A program made the position numbers and the translations under genes. A stretch of 64,000 bases of DNA from Candidatus Nanopelagicales bacterium (GTDB lineage Bacteria; Actinomycetota; Actinomycetes; S36-B12): positions 8,640 to 72,639 of the forward strand of contig JBILOY010000008.1 in the NCBI GenBank assembly GCA_044374195.1. Reading direction: 5' to 3'. Under the pieces are notes generated by a model. The model saw nothing but the letters and a program-made list of their open reading frames with translations, was not told where the DNA came from and searched no databases. Numbering within the stretch: position 1 is the stretch's first letter; each line of letters starts with the position of its first letter. Positions 52,572 through 61,681 of this stretch are shown here, in pieces.

Positions 52572-54536
52572 TCAGTTCGGCGTGAACGGGAACTGCTGCA
52601 TGGTTCCGTCGGCCCAGGGCTGCTGGGTCGGGGTGAGGCGTTTTGCTGCGCGCTGCACGTCGAGCAACTTTGCCATGACCGCCTGAGCATCCGCGTACGT
52701 CCCGTTGTTGTAGAGGTTGCTGAGCTCAGCAGGGTCGGTCGTGGCGTTGTAGAGCTCGAACTGATCAGCGGGCGGTGCAACTTGGCCGGTGGTGGGGTTC
52801 GGAGCCTTGACCACGGTCTGGGCGACCTTGGTACCGGGTGCATTGACCATTCCGAGCACGATGGTCTGAACATCCTGCACATTCGGGGTACTCCAGTACT
52901 GCGGATTATCCCAGTAACGCGAGTACTTCCAGCGCTCCTTGGCGCCGGCCGGGCCGGTGGGCAGATAGGCCACGACCGTCTCGACACAGTTCGGCTGATC
53001 GACCGGGGTGTAGGGCATCCCCACCGCCGAGACAGCATTTGCGCCCTTCAGCGGCTGATCGTCGGTCATGAAGTACACCGGCTTGTCGAGTTTGGTGTCG
53101 TCATGCTCGCCAAGTAGGTAGCCCGAGAGATCTTGGCCCACGAGCCTACGCACCTGGGTGTGACTCTTGCGCAGCTGCTTGGCCAAGGCCGTCTCGTTTA
53201 GCCCGGCCAGGCCGAGCATCGTCGGGATGAGATCAGCATGGCTCGTGAGGATGTCACTGGTCTCATAGCGCGGGAATAGCTCGGGGTTGTGGAACATGAA
53301 GGGCACGCGCATCATTTCGTCGTAGCCCGAGTGCCACTTCTGGAACATGCCGCCGTGAGCACCGAGCATCTCCCCGTGGTCGGAGAGATAGATGACGATC
53401 GTGTCGCGGTACTGCTCGCGATCCTCGGTCAAGGTGTCGATGACTCGACCGATCTGCTCATCGACGTTCTTCTGCAGTTGGTAGTAGAACCGGTGGTAGG
53501 CCTCGTTGTTGTTCAACGGTTGGAAACCCTTGGGGTACTGCGCGACGAAGCTGGCCTGAGCAACCGGCTTGGTGCTGAGATCCTCGTTGGACGACGCGGT
53601 GTACGCCGGGCCGAACAGATTGCGCGGCACATTCGAGCCGGCCAATTGCTGAGCGAGGTAGAAGGATCCCTGCTGGCCCGAGGCGTCGGCGGCAAGAGTC
53701 AGACTGCCCCACACGGTGATGTCGTGCGGATTCACGAAGGAGGCCACGAGCAGCCACGGCTTGTCATTGCGGCGCAATTTTTGAAGCTGCTCGACGTTGA
53801 GGTCCGCGAACACCTCATCGCGACCTCGGCCAGCGGGGCCCGAGGATCCTGAGTTCAGGGGATTGCTGCCGTGGGGCTCAGGTCCGATGAAGCCGGTGAA
53901 CCCGTACTGCTCAAGGCGCTCGGCCTCTAGGTACACGCTCTCGAGATACGGGTCGCGGCCGCCGATGTCGTTGTATGACGGAAGCGGGTTGTACGAGCTC
54001 GGCTGGTAAAGGTCGGCATCGGAGATATGCCACTTGCCTTTCCAGTAGGTGTCGTAGCCAGCCGCGCGGAACCAGTTGCCCATGGTGGGCACGGTGGTGG
54101 GGTCGAGCCAGTAGAGATCCTGCTCGATCGCGCTCTTGGCTGCGCCAGAAGTCTGTGCGATTCCGTGCAACGACGGGTACTGGCCGGTGTAGATCGAGGC
54201 GCGGCTCGGCTGGCAGGCGGTCGACATGATGTGGTGATGGGTGAACTCGACTGCATTGCGACGCAGGAGGTTCTGCGTGGTCAGGTTCGCCAGACGCCAG
54301 GCCTGCAATTCGGGGCTCTCGTAGAACGGGGCAGCACGCTGCTCGTCCATCATGACGATCAGGAAGTTCGGGCGCCTGCGCAGGCGGCCGCGCGGCTTGA
54401 ACTTCGGCATCGGGGCAGCGTTGACGGTTGCTCCACTTGCTGCAGCAAGTCCGGCCACCGCGACAGTGGCAACGCCAGCATTCTGGAGAAGTCGGCGACG
54501 GCTCAGGCCGTCAGTGGATTCAGTGTTCTCGGTCAT
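52572..54536 (-). CDS. Cys-type sulfatase (arylsulfatase family) with Tat signal peptide
   Basis: SRRRLLQNAGVATVAVAGLAAASG twin-arginine signal, and the formylglycine motif CQPSRASIYTG. I chose the ATG at 54536 to avoid overlapping the upstream gene. Confidence 0.85.
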   Translation of the reverse strand: MTENTESTDGLSRRRLLQNAGVATVAVAGLAAASGATVNAAPMPKFKPRGRLRRRPNFLIVMMDEQRAAPFYESPELQAWRLANLTTQNLLRRNAVEFTHHHIMSTACQPSRASIYTGQYPSLHGIAQTSGAAKSAIEQDLYWLDPTTVPTMGNWFRAAGYDTYWKGKWHISDADLYQPSSYNPLPSYNDIGGRDPYLESVYLEAERLEQYGFTGFIGPEPHGSNPLNSGSSGPAGRGRDEVFADLNVEQLQKLRRNDKPWLLVASFVNPHDITVWGSLTLAADASGQQGSFYLAQQLAGSNVPRNLFGPAYTASSNEDLSTKPVAQASFVAQYPKGFQPLNNNEAYHRFYYQLQKNVDEQIGRVIDTLTEDREQYRDTIVIYLSDHGEMLGAHGGMFQKWHSGYDEMMRVPFMFHNPELFPRYETSDILTSHADLIPTMLGLAGLNETALAKQLRKSHTQVRRLVGQDLSGYLLGEHDDTKLDKPVYFMTDDQPLKGANAVSAVGMPYTPVDQPNCVETVVAYLPTGPAGAKERWKYSRYWDNPQYWSTPNVQDVQTIVLGMVNAPGTKVAQTVVKAPNPTTGQVAPPADQFELYNATTDPAELSNLYNNGTYADAQAVMAKLLDVQRAAKRLTPTQQPWADGTMQQFPFTPN

Positions 54537-54540
54537 GGCG

Positions 54541-55566
54541 TTAGTTGCCCTTCGTGTCACTGAGCGAGATGGTGCCCAGAACCTGGTCGTAGGTGAGCGT
54601 GTAGTCGAAGAAGAAGGAATTACCGGTGTTCACCGTCGGTGAGCCCACGGTGAGCACGCGCGCAAGATTGCGTGAGCCCTGGCGCCCGGCTATGAACTCA
54701 TGCCCGTAGAAGGCACTTGAGCCTGCAGCGAGCTTGACCCGAGTTCCGGGGGAGAGCAGGTCGGCCGAAGTCTTCGGCACGCGCCAGAAGTTGCGTCCGA
54801 CTACGCGCATGACGGTGAAGCCGGAGTCGAACCAGGTGGGCACGCATTGCTCAGGCACGGTGCCGAACTTCCAGCATCCCGGCGCTGCGTGGTCATTCCA
54901 CATCCGAGCACCGTTCACGTCGACGCCCAGGTACGGAAGCTGGAAATGCATGATGGGGCTGACCGGGGGTTCCGCGCCGAGAACGAGTGCGCCTTGTCGA
55001 GCCGAGCGCGAGGTGGCGGTGCGCTCGAAGTGCAGGCTCCAGCGAAGACCGAGGGTGCCGGGCATCGATTTCAGGATGTTGGTCATGGAACCGCCGTCGC
55101 CGTCGCCGAGGCCGATGATCCCCGAGATGCCGCGGTTGGTCCATTGCCTGATGTACGAGCTGCCGGTGTTCACGTACTGCAACGCGACGGGCGCTGTCGT
55201 GGTGACTCCGCCGATGGTGACCGGTGCGGAGAACAGGGCGCCCGGCAGCTTGTTACCTTCCACAACGGTGGTGGCCTGCTTGCCCGTGGCTCGAGCAGAA
55301 GTCGGCTTCTCGAAGAGAACGAGTCCGATGATGCCGGTGTCGACCATGACTGAGATGGGGGCCGCCCTGCCTACCTGAATTTCCAGGATGCCGTTCTGGC
55401 CGGTGCGATCGGGCGTGTTGATCGTCCGAATCGGAACGGAGACAGCGACGGGCTCGCGAGCTGCCGAGCTCTGCACATCTGCGTCGTCGGCATGGGCGAT
55501 GCTGCTCGGGAAGACCAGCAGGCTCACGCCGATGCCGGCGATGATTACGGGGGTCCAACGGCGCAT
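54541..55566 (-). CDS. Secreted pepsin-like (clan AA, two-lobed) aspartic peptidase candidate
   Basis: Signal peptide, VMVDTGIIGL (DTG), GIIGLGDG, WFDSGFT (DSG), and a C-terminal NSFFFDYTLTYDQ...ISLS pattern. The ATG at 55566 has GGAGG upstream. Confidence 0.6.
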   Translation of the reverse strand: MRRWTPVIIAGIGVSLLVFPSSIAHADDADVQSSAAREPVAVSVPIRTINTPDRTGQNGILEIQVGRAAPISVMVDTGIIGLVLFEKPTSARATGKQATTVVEGNKLPGALFSAPVTIGGVTTTAPVALQYVNTGSSYIRQWTNRGISGIIGLGDGDGGSMTNILKSMPGTLGLRWSLHFERTATSRSARQGALVLGAEPPVSPIMHFQLPYLGVDVNGARMWNDHAAPGCWKFGTVPEQCVPTWFDSGFTVMRVVGRNFWRVPKTSADLLSPGTRVKLAAGSSAFYGHEFIAGRQGSRNLARVLTVGSPTVNTGNSFFFDYTLTYDQVLGTISLSDTKGN

Positions 55567-55737
55567 GTGCACGGCCTCCAAGAAGGTGGCAGGCCTGGTG
55601 AGGGGCGCTGCGATCGATATTCAGGAGACTAGGCGGTGAGATTCCGATGTGTCCCCTGAACGGGCAGCATCCCATGAGATGGACGCAAACCTCGCATCGG
55701 TCACAGTCGTGAACTTCTCACCAGAGGTAATTGGCGG

Positions 55738-56718
55738 TTAACCGCCGAGATGCTTATCCAGGAATCGGCCCACGCGCTTGATGGAATCGGTCCAGGGGCC
55801 GTAGAAGTAGTGTCCAGCGCCCTTGTACTCCACCAAGGTGGCGTCCTTGCCAGCGCGAGTGAGCGCGTCATCGGTTGCCCGAGCCCACGAAATCGCGCAG
55901 CTCTCGTCATTTGTTCCGTGGAACATCAGGATCGGTTCGGTGACGCGGGAGAAATAGTTGCGCGCGGACATTGTTCGCCAGAACTCTGGTTCTTTCTCCG
56001 GGCTCCCGTACTGGGCGATGATCCTCTTGCCCAATGCGCTGTCGTAGCGCTGCCACTTATTGAAGTTCTCGACAGTGTCAGAGCTTGTTGCGGCATACGT
56101 GATGGCCGCGTCATACACGCCCGGCTTGATCACCAGGGCCTGGAAGGCCACACCGCCGCCCATGGAACGGCCGAGCAGGGCGAGACGTTCGGTGTCGATG
56201 AAGGGGAGCTTTGACTCGCGCACGGCCAGCCCGGCATTGATGACATCCTCCGCGTAACCCAGGCGCATGCTGAGGTCAGCCTGCGGATCCTTGTCGGAGC
56301 TCGCGTGATTGCGGTAGTCGATATGCAGGGCTACGTAGCCGTTGCGCGCTAACCAGTCTTGCTCGCGCCGGAAACCTTGCCCGGTCACGTAGACCTTGGG
56401 GTCGATGTAGCCGTGGGCCAGGACGACCACTGGGAAGGGCCCCTTGCCCCGCGGCTTGTTCATGATGCCCGAAATGGTGAGGTCACCGCTCTTGTAGGTG
56501 ATGGCGTGCCGCGTGTAGGCGGAGGTGCCGCCGATGTCCTTGCGAATCCGCAGATCGCGGCCGTCATAGGTCGCGGTGATGGCAGCGGGGATGGTGGGGT
56601 CGACGGGCGCTGCCTGGGCCGGCGCGCTCAGCGCGGTGATCGAGACAGACAGTGCGGCCAGTGCGACAACTAAGGGGGCGACTACGGGCTTGAGGCGCAT
56701 TCCTCGAGGGTACGTCAC
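55738..56718 (-). CDS. Secreted alpha/beta hydrolase (S9 prolyl oligopeptidase / dienelactone hydrolase-like)
   Basis: Signal peptide, nucleophile elbow GRSMGGG, and GAGHYF near the C-terminus. The start is 56718 (GTG) or 56700 (ATG). Confidence 0.75.
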   Translation of the reverse strand: MTYPRGMRLKPVVAPLVVALAALSVSITALSAPAQAAPVDPTIPAAITATYDGRDLRIRKDIGGTSAYTRHAITYKSGDLTISGIMNKPRGKGPFPVVVLAHGYIDPKVYVTGQGFRREQDWLARNGYVALHIDYRNHASSDKDPQADLSMRLGYAEDVINAGLAVRESKLPFIDTERLALLGRSMGGGVAFQALVIKPGVYDAAITYAATSSDTVENFNKWQRYDSALGKRIIAQYGSPEKEPEFWRTMSARNYFSRVTEPILMFHGTNDESCAISWARATDDALTRAGKDATLVEYKGAGHYFYGPWTDSIKRVGRFLDKHLGG

Positions 56719-56761
56719 ATCGGCTCATCCAGCGTTTTGGAGTGAAAGCCAGCGAGAAAAG

Positions 56762-56801
56762 AAACCTGCGAAAAGGAAGAAGGCCACCCGAAGGTGGCCT
56801 T
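56762..56801 (-). terminator. Intrinsic terminator downstream of tRNA-Lys
   Basis: Stem aggccacc / ggtggcct with loop cgaa. On the minus strand it is followed by tcttccttttcgcaggtttc (T-rich). Confidence 0.55.
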
Positions 56802-56808
56802 TACCTCG

Positions 56809-56881
<73 letters not shown>

Positions 56882-56943
56882 CTACCGTGCAAGTGAGAAC
56901 ACTACCACCGTGATTAAAGGCACTCGAACGGCCTCCCGCCCGA

Positions 56944-58407
56944 CTAACGCAGCCGGGTTCCTACCTCTGCGGCGATCGCCTTGCCCATGACTTCTAGACC
57001 CTTGGGGTTCGGATGAAAGGCGGCAGCAGCGAGCGGCCCCAGGCTGATCAGGCCGAAGGTCCAGGCCTGGTTCCCGGCACAGACACCGTGACCGATCTCG
57101 GAGTTTCCGCTGGCCCCCCAGGTCCCTGCGATATCCGACCAGCCCAAGGCACCCGCAGTTGCAGCAATCTGGCTATTGAGAGTGCCGGCGGTCAGCGCCA
57201 TGGGCACGGTGGCGCCCGACGTCGTCACGTAGGAGTAGGGAGACTGGGGATCCGGCACTAGCAAGGTCGCTCGCGCCCAGGCGAAATCGGACTGACTCAT
57301 CGTCAGGTAGGTGCACGGAGCGCCATTCGCATCACGGGTGATGTCGGGATACATGGTCGGGAAGATGGGCGCACCCGGTGCCAGGCCTGCGAGTGCGGCA
57401 TTCACGGCGGCGTACTTGGCAGGTAACGCAGCGAGGTTCGCCTGGGCTCCCGCCTGAGTAGACGGGTAGCCCTTAAGCGGGGGAGTTGAGGAGGGCTGTG
57501 TCGGACAGTTGGCCTGCAAGGCGCACGCCTGCAAGATCGCGCCGAATCCGATGTCATTGCCGCCGACTGAAAGCGTGATGGCATCGATGCGCTGTCCGGC
57601 TGCAAGCGCTCGCGCCTGCTCGACCTGGCTGGATGTCTGTCGAGCGCGGGCTTGTGGGCCGAGCACGCCTGCGTTGATCGTCGCCCCGCTGCAGCTCACG
57701 TCGATCAAGGTCACGCTGAAGTACGGCGAGGATTTCTCGAGCTCGAGTGCAGCACGTGCCGGAGCACTGTGCGTGCTGCGTGCGCACGCAGTGTCGTCCC
57801 AATAGGGCGTGAAAGAGGAGAAGAGCCCAGCCTGCTCCAGGTAGGCATCGATGTTGCGTGGGTTGCCCTCACCCGAGGCGTAGGAGTCGCCCATGGAGAC
57901 CATCACGTAGTTGCGCACTGAGCCGCGCATTGTCTGCTTAACGGTAGATCGCCCGGACTTCACAGTGAGGGCGAAGGTGTACGTGCCCTCGGGCAGCATC
58001 ACGCTGCTCGTGCATTTCTTGATCGGCTTCGAAGGGGTGCGCACAGTGGTCGCACCGGTGACTGCCCAGGAGTATGAGTCGCCCTTCGATCCGCAGGCAT
58101 TGAGGACGACGCTGAAGGTGTTGCCCAGATACCACGAGAGCGAGCCGTTGATGAGCCGCTCATTGGGCTGAGCCACGTAATTGCCGGCGCCGATCATCGT
58201 CGCTGAGGGGTTGAGCGAGAGTGCACCTCGAGCGGGTACGCCACCGTCGCCATCGATGAAGCCATCGCCGTTAGCGTCCTTGCTCTGCGGCGCCATTGCC
58301 CAGCTGCCCTTGGCGCTTGGCCTATCGGCAGCCTCTGCGACTGTTGCGGTGCCGATAGTGGTCAAGACAAGGCATGCGGCGAGTGCGCCGGCGATCTTGC
58401 GAGGCAT
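56944..58407 (-). CDS. Secreted SGNH/GDSL-family hydrolase with an N-terminal extra domain
   Basis: Signal peptide MPRKIAGALAACLVLTTIGTATVAEA, and block I VMVSMGDSYASGEGN. Confidence 0.75.
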   Translation of the reverse strand: MPRKIAGALAACLVLTTIGTATVAEAADRPSAKGSWAMAPQSKDANGDGFIDGDGGVPARGALSLNPSATMIGAGNYVAQPNERLINGSLSWYLGNTFSVVLNACGSKGDSYSWAVTGATTVRTPSKPIKKCTSSVMLPEGTYTFALTVKSGRSTVKQTMRGSVRNYVMVSMGDSYASGEGNPRNIDAYLEQAGLFSSFTPYWDDTACARSTHSAPARAALELEKSSPYFSVTLIDVSCSGATINAGVLGPQARARQTSSQVEQARALAAGQRIDAITLSVGGNDIGFGAILQACALQANCPTQPSSTPPLKGYPSTQAGAQANLAALPAKYAAVNAALAGLAPGAPIFPTMYPDITRDANGAPCTYLTMSQSDFAWARATLLVPDPQSPYSYVTTSGATVPMALTAGTLNSQIAATAGALGWSDIAGTWGASGNSEIGHGVCAGNQAWTFGLISLGPLAAAAFHPNPKGLEVMGKAIAAEVGTRLR

Positions 58408-58435
58408 GCACCAACCGTACGCGACCGCTCCTACG

Positions 58436-59560
58436 ATGGCTCACATGCGCAGGACAGTTATCTCTGCAGTAACCGTGGCTGTTCTCATTGCTGGTGCTCT
58501 CGCCTTCGTGCTGAACGGTCAGGGTGACCACGGGCATTCGGTGACCGCTGCCGGCAGTGCTGCTCCGGTCGCAACTCAAAGCGACGCCCAGAAAGACACT
58601 CAGCACGGCACCCAGCACGACACCCACGAGGATGTCGCTCCCATGGAGGCGTCCTCGTTAACGACCGTGGCAGTCACTCGAGACCTCTATAGCCAGGTCA
58701 GCGCCGAATTGCTCGAGCTCCAGCGCGAGCAAGGCTCCGCCGCAGCGCTGGAAGAACTCGATGTGCGTTCGCGCGCTGACACGGCACTTGGTGGGGTGTG
58801 TCATGCGATCTCCCATGATCTTGGCCATCAGGCGCTGGAGCTCGCAGGAGGTAAGCCGGGCAAGGCACTGACCGTGCGTAATGACGTATGCGGCGGCGGC
58901 TTCACCCACGGGGTGATCGAGGATGCACTCGCGTCATCCAAAGACCCCGGACGTGACCTGTTGAAGATCTGCGCACCCGAGCAGGACGGTTCGTGCTTCC
59001 ACGGCGTGGGCCATGGCGTGATGTTCGCGACCGGGCTCGATGTAGCGCGGTCACTTGATCTCTGCGATCTCGCACCGAAGGAGATCTTGTCGGTGCGGTG
59101 CGGTGAGGGCGTATTCATGCAGCTCTTCAGCGCGGATGTTGCCGGTGGCCATGCAGCCGGCAAGGGCTCAGATCCGCAGACCGTTGATACCGCCCGTGCA
59201 ACCTGCGCCGGAGTTCGCATGCCTTACGCAGGTTCCTGCTGGTTCTATGCGCCCACGCTCTGGCTCGCCGAAACCCCTGATGACTTCGCAGGAGCGATGC
59301 AGTGGTGCGCGGAAGCGTCCTCCAATTTCGGTCAGCAGCTATGTGCGAAGGGCGTGGGCAGTCGAACCATCAAGTACCACCCGGATGATCCGACGATTGG
59401 CGCTCGGGTTTGCGCGAATGCCGGCGAACTGACGAATGCCTGCCTGGCCGGCATGGGCTCGTATTGGTCGGTACATCACAAGGGCACTCGGCCCGCCAGT
59501 GACGTGTGCTCGCGACTAGGCAGTGCGCCGCTGGAGCGACGTTGCCTGCAGGTGACCTAG
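58436..59560 (+). CDS. Hypothetical membrane-anchored protein with about seven Cys-x2-Gly-containing repeats
   Basis: N-terminal TM (VISAVTVAVLIAGALAFVL), a His/Asp/Gln-rich linker, then repeats such as VCHAISHDLGH, VCGGGFTHGV, SCFHGVGHGV. I chose an internal ATG because the 58181 extension overlaps the divergent gene. Confidence 0.5.
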   Translation: MAHMRRTVISAVTVAVLIAGALAFVLNGQGDHGHSVTAAGSAAPVATQSDAQKDTQHGTQHDTHEDVAPMEASSLTTVAVTRDLYSQVSAELLELQREQGSAAALEELDVRSRADTALGGVCHAISHDLGHQALELAGGKPGKALTVRNDVCGGGFTHGVIEDALASSKDPGRDLLKICAPEQDGSCFHGVGHGVMFATGLDVARSLDLCDLAPKEILSVRCGEGVFMQLFSADVAGGHAAGKGSDPQTVDTARATCAGVRMPYAGSCWFYAPTLWLAETPDDFAGAMQWCAEASSNFGQQLCAKGVGSRTIKYHPDDPTIGARVCANAGELTNACLAGMGSYWSVHHKGTRPASDVCSRLGSAPLERRCLQVT

Positions 59561-59570
59561 CGAGACTGCG

Positions 59571-59759
59571 TCAGTCGCATGCCTCGTAATCAAAGGGGCA
59601 GTGCCGGCAGCGGTTTCCGCAGCACGCTCCGCGGTGCAGGTGGTAGGCCTCGGTCATCACGAATAAACCGGTGCGCGGATCGAAGTACCCGTCGTCCTCC
59701 CGTGCCATAGCCTGGGCATGAGCAAGGGCAATCGCCTCGCTCTCGGAAGTCGAACTCAC
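59571..59759 (-). CDS. Small cysteine-rich protein (DUF5522-like)
   Basis: 62 aa with C-terminal GACCGNRCRHCPFDYE motif. Confidence 0.55.
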   Translation of the reverse strand: MSSTSESEAIALAHAQAMAREDDGYFDPRTGLFVMTEAYHLHRGACCGNRCRHCPFDYEACD

Positions 59760-59773
59760 GGAGAGAGTCTGAC

Positions 59774-60553
59774 ATGTGGGATTTCAGTGGGCGCCGCGTA
59801 GTCGTCACAGGTGCGGGCAGTGCGATCGGAATCGGATTCGAGTCGGCCCGGGTGCTGGCTGATCTGGGTGCCTCAGTCGCACTTCTTGGCCTGAGTGAGC
59901 GAGTGATCGATCGCGCGAATGAACTCAATGAGATGGGCTTTGACGCAATTGCGGCGCGCTGTGATCTCACCGATGCGGATGCCACCTTTGAGGTTTTCGA
60001 GATGTTGGCTGACGAACTCGGCGGTATCGACGTGCTCGTCAACAACGCAGGTATGACCAGCCACGAGAATCCGGCCGTTGCCGAGATGGGCGGCGTGGCT
60101 GAGATCAGTTATGCCGGCTGGCAGGCCGCCATTGCCCGCAATCTCGACACGGCGTTCCTGGCGACCAAGGCGGCATTGCCGCACCTGAGGGCATCGGGCA
60201 GTGGCCGAATCATCATGATCTCGAGTGTCACCGGGCCGCACATGGCAATGCGCAATCTCGTGGCCTATGCGGCAGGCAAGGGTGGCATGAACGGCCTTAC
60301 GAAGGGCCTCGCCCTCGATGAGGCACTCAACGGAATTACGTGCAATGCGGTGTCGCCCGGCTGGATTCACACCGAGGCGCTGACCGGACCGGAATACGAG
60401 CAGGGGTTCGCCGTGCCGCTGGGTCGCCCGGCACGGCCCGAGGAAGTTGCTTCGGCTGTCGCGTGGCTGGCTTCGACTGGGGCTTCGTACATCACAGGTC
60501 AGTCGATCGTGGTTGACGGAGGTAACTCCATCGCCGAACAGCGAGCACTGTAG
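59774..60553 (+). CDS. Short-chain dehydrogenase/reductase (FabG-like)
   Basis: VVVTGAGSAIGIG cofactor motif, NNAG, and catalytic Y-x3-K (YAAGKGG). Confidence 0.85.
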   Translation: MWDFSGRRVVVTGAGSAIGIGFESARVLADLGASVALLGLSERVIDRANELNEMGFDAIAARCDLTDADATFEVFEMLADELGGIDVLVNNAGMTSHENPAVAEMGGVAEISYAGWQAAIARNLDTAFLATKAALPHLRASGSGRIIMISSVTGPHMAMRNLVAYAAGKGGMNGLTKGLALDEALNGITCNAVSPGWIHTEALTGPEYEQGFAVPLGRPARPEEVASAVAWLASTGASYITGQSIVVDGGNSIAEQRAL

Positions 60554-60562
60554 GTTTTCCGC

Positions 60563-60961
60563 ATGGGTGCAGACAAGCTGATTTCAAGTGGCAGTCCGTG
60601 GGAGAGCAAGATCGGTTACTCCCGTGCAGTGGTGGCAGGCGATTACGTCCATGTCTCCGGTACTACGGCAGCGATCGACGGAGTAGTGCAGCATCCCGGT
60701 GATGCCTACAACCAGACCCTCACTGCCCTCGGCGTGATCGAGAAGGCCATCGCCCAGGTGGGCGTCACCCTCGCTGATGTTGTGCGCACTCGCTGCTACG
60801 TCTCGACTGCCGAGGCGATGGATGATGTCGCGCGTGCTCATGGCGAGATCTTCGGCGAGATTCGCCCGGCGCTCACGATTCTCTCCGGCGTGGCCTTCGT
60901 CGATCCGGCGATGCTCGTCGAGATCGAGGCCGACTGCTACTCGCGCGATATCCGCAAGTAG
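60563..60961 (+). CDS. RidA/YjgF family protein
   Basis: 132 aa containing ...YSRAVVAGDYVHVSGTTA... and C-terminal ...LVEIEADC. Confidence 0.8.
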   Translation: MGADKLISSGSPWESKIGYSRAVVAGDYVHVSGTTAAIDGVVQHPGDAYNQTLTALGVIEKAIAQVGVTLADVVRTRCYVSTAEAMDDVARAHGEIFGEIRPALTILSGVAFVDPAMLVEIEADCYSRDIRK

Positions 60962-60966
60962 CTCAC

Positions 60967-61659
60967 TTAGATCGAGAAGTCATCCTCGGTCTGCCACACG
61001 CCATCGGCGCTGATGTAGGAGTTCGACGTAGTGAGGTGCCCTGTCACCTGCATCTCGAGTTCTTCCACTCGGCGCAGCAGTGACTTCACGCTGGTGCCGA
61101 CCGGATCTGGAAGATCGGCGTCCTCGCCGGTGGGGCGGATGCGCCCGCGCGAATCGGCAATGACCTGACCGGGTACCCCGACCACGACTGAATGATCGGC
61201 AACGCTGCGCAGTAGCACCGCGTTAGCACCGATGCGGCTGTCGCTGCCGACTGTGATGTCACCGAGCACCTTGGCACCGCTGCCGACCACGATGCGATCA
61301 CCGATCGTGGGGTGTCGCTTGCCCGGATCGAGGGTGTTACCGCCCAAAGTGGCACCGTGATAGACCGTGACATCGTCACCGATGACAGTTGTCTCGCCGA
61401 TCACGACGCCGGATCCATGGTCGATGAACAGTCGAGCACCCAAGGTGGCGCCCGGATGAATCTCAATCTGGGTCAGGAACCGAGTGATCTGCGAAACAGC
61501 GCGACCGAGGAACTTCATGTGATGACGCCATAGCCAACTGCTGAAGCGATGGCCCCACACGGCATGAATGCCCGGGTACAGCAGCGCTACCTCAATGCGA
61601 TTGCGTGCTGCCGGATCGCGTTCGACGATCGAGGCAAGCTCATCGCCGATGCGACCCAT
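60967..61659 (-). CDS. cysE: Serine O-acetyltransferase
   Basis: VERDPAARN...LYPGIHAV and hexapeptide repeats (GATLGG, IGDRIVVGSGAKVLG). The C-terminal tail ends in ...DDFSI. Confidence 0.85.
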   Translation of the reverse strand: MGRIGDELASIVERDPAARNRIEVALLYPGIHAVWGHRFSSWLWRHHMKFLGRAVSQITRFLTQIEIHPGATLGARLFIDHGSGVVIGETTVIGDDVTVYHGATLGGNTLDPGKRHPTIGDRIVVGSGAKVLGDITVGSDSRIGANAVLLRSVADHSVVVGVPGQVIADSRGRIRPTGEDADLPDPVGTSVKSLLRRVEELEMQVTGHLTTSNSYISADGVWQTEDDFSI

Positions 61660-61681
61660 GAGTGTCTCCGTATGTCAGCGA

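Noticed and set aside
52457-53038. Upstream 194 codons of the 356-aa ORF 51968-53038
   Set aside because: This part overlaps the 3' end of the sulfatase gene in another frame and crosses a hairpin. Only the hydrophobic C-terminal 162 aa look like a real protein.
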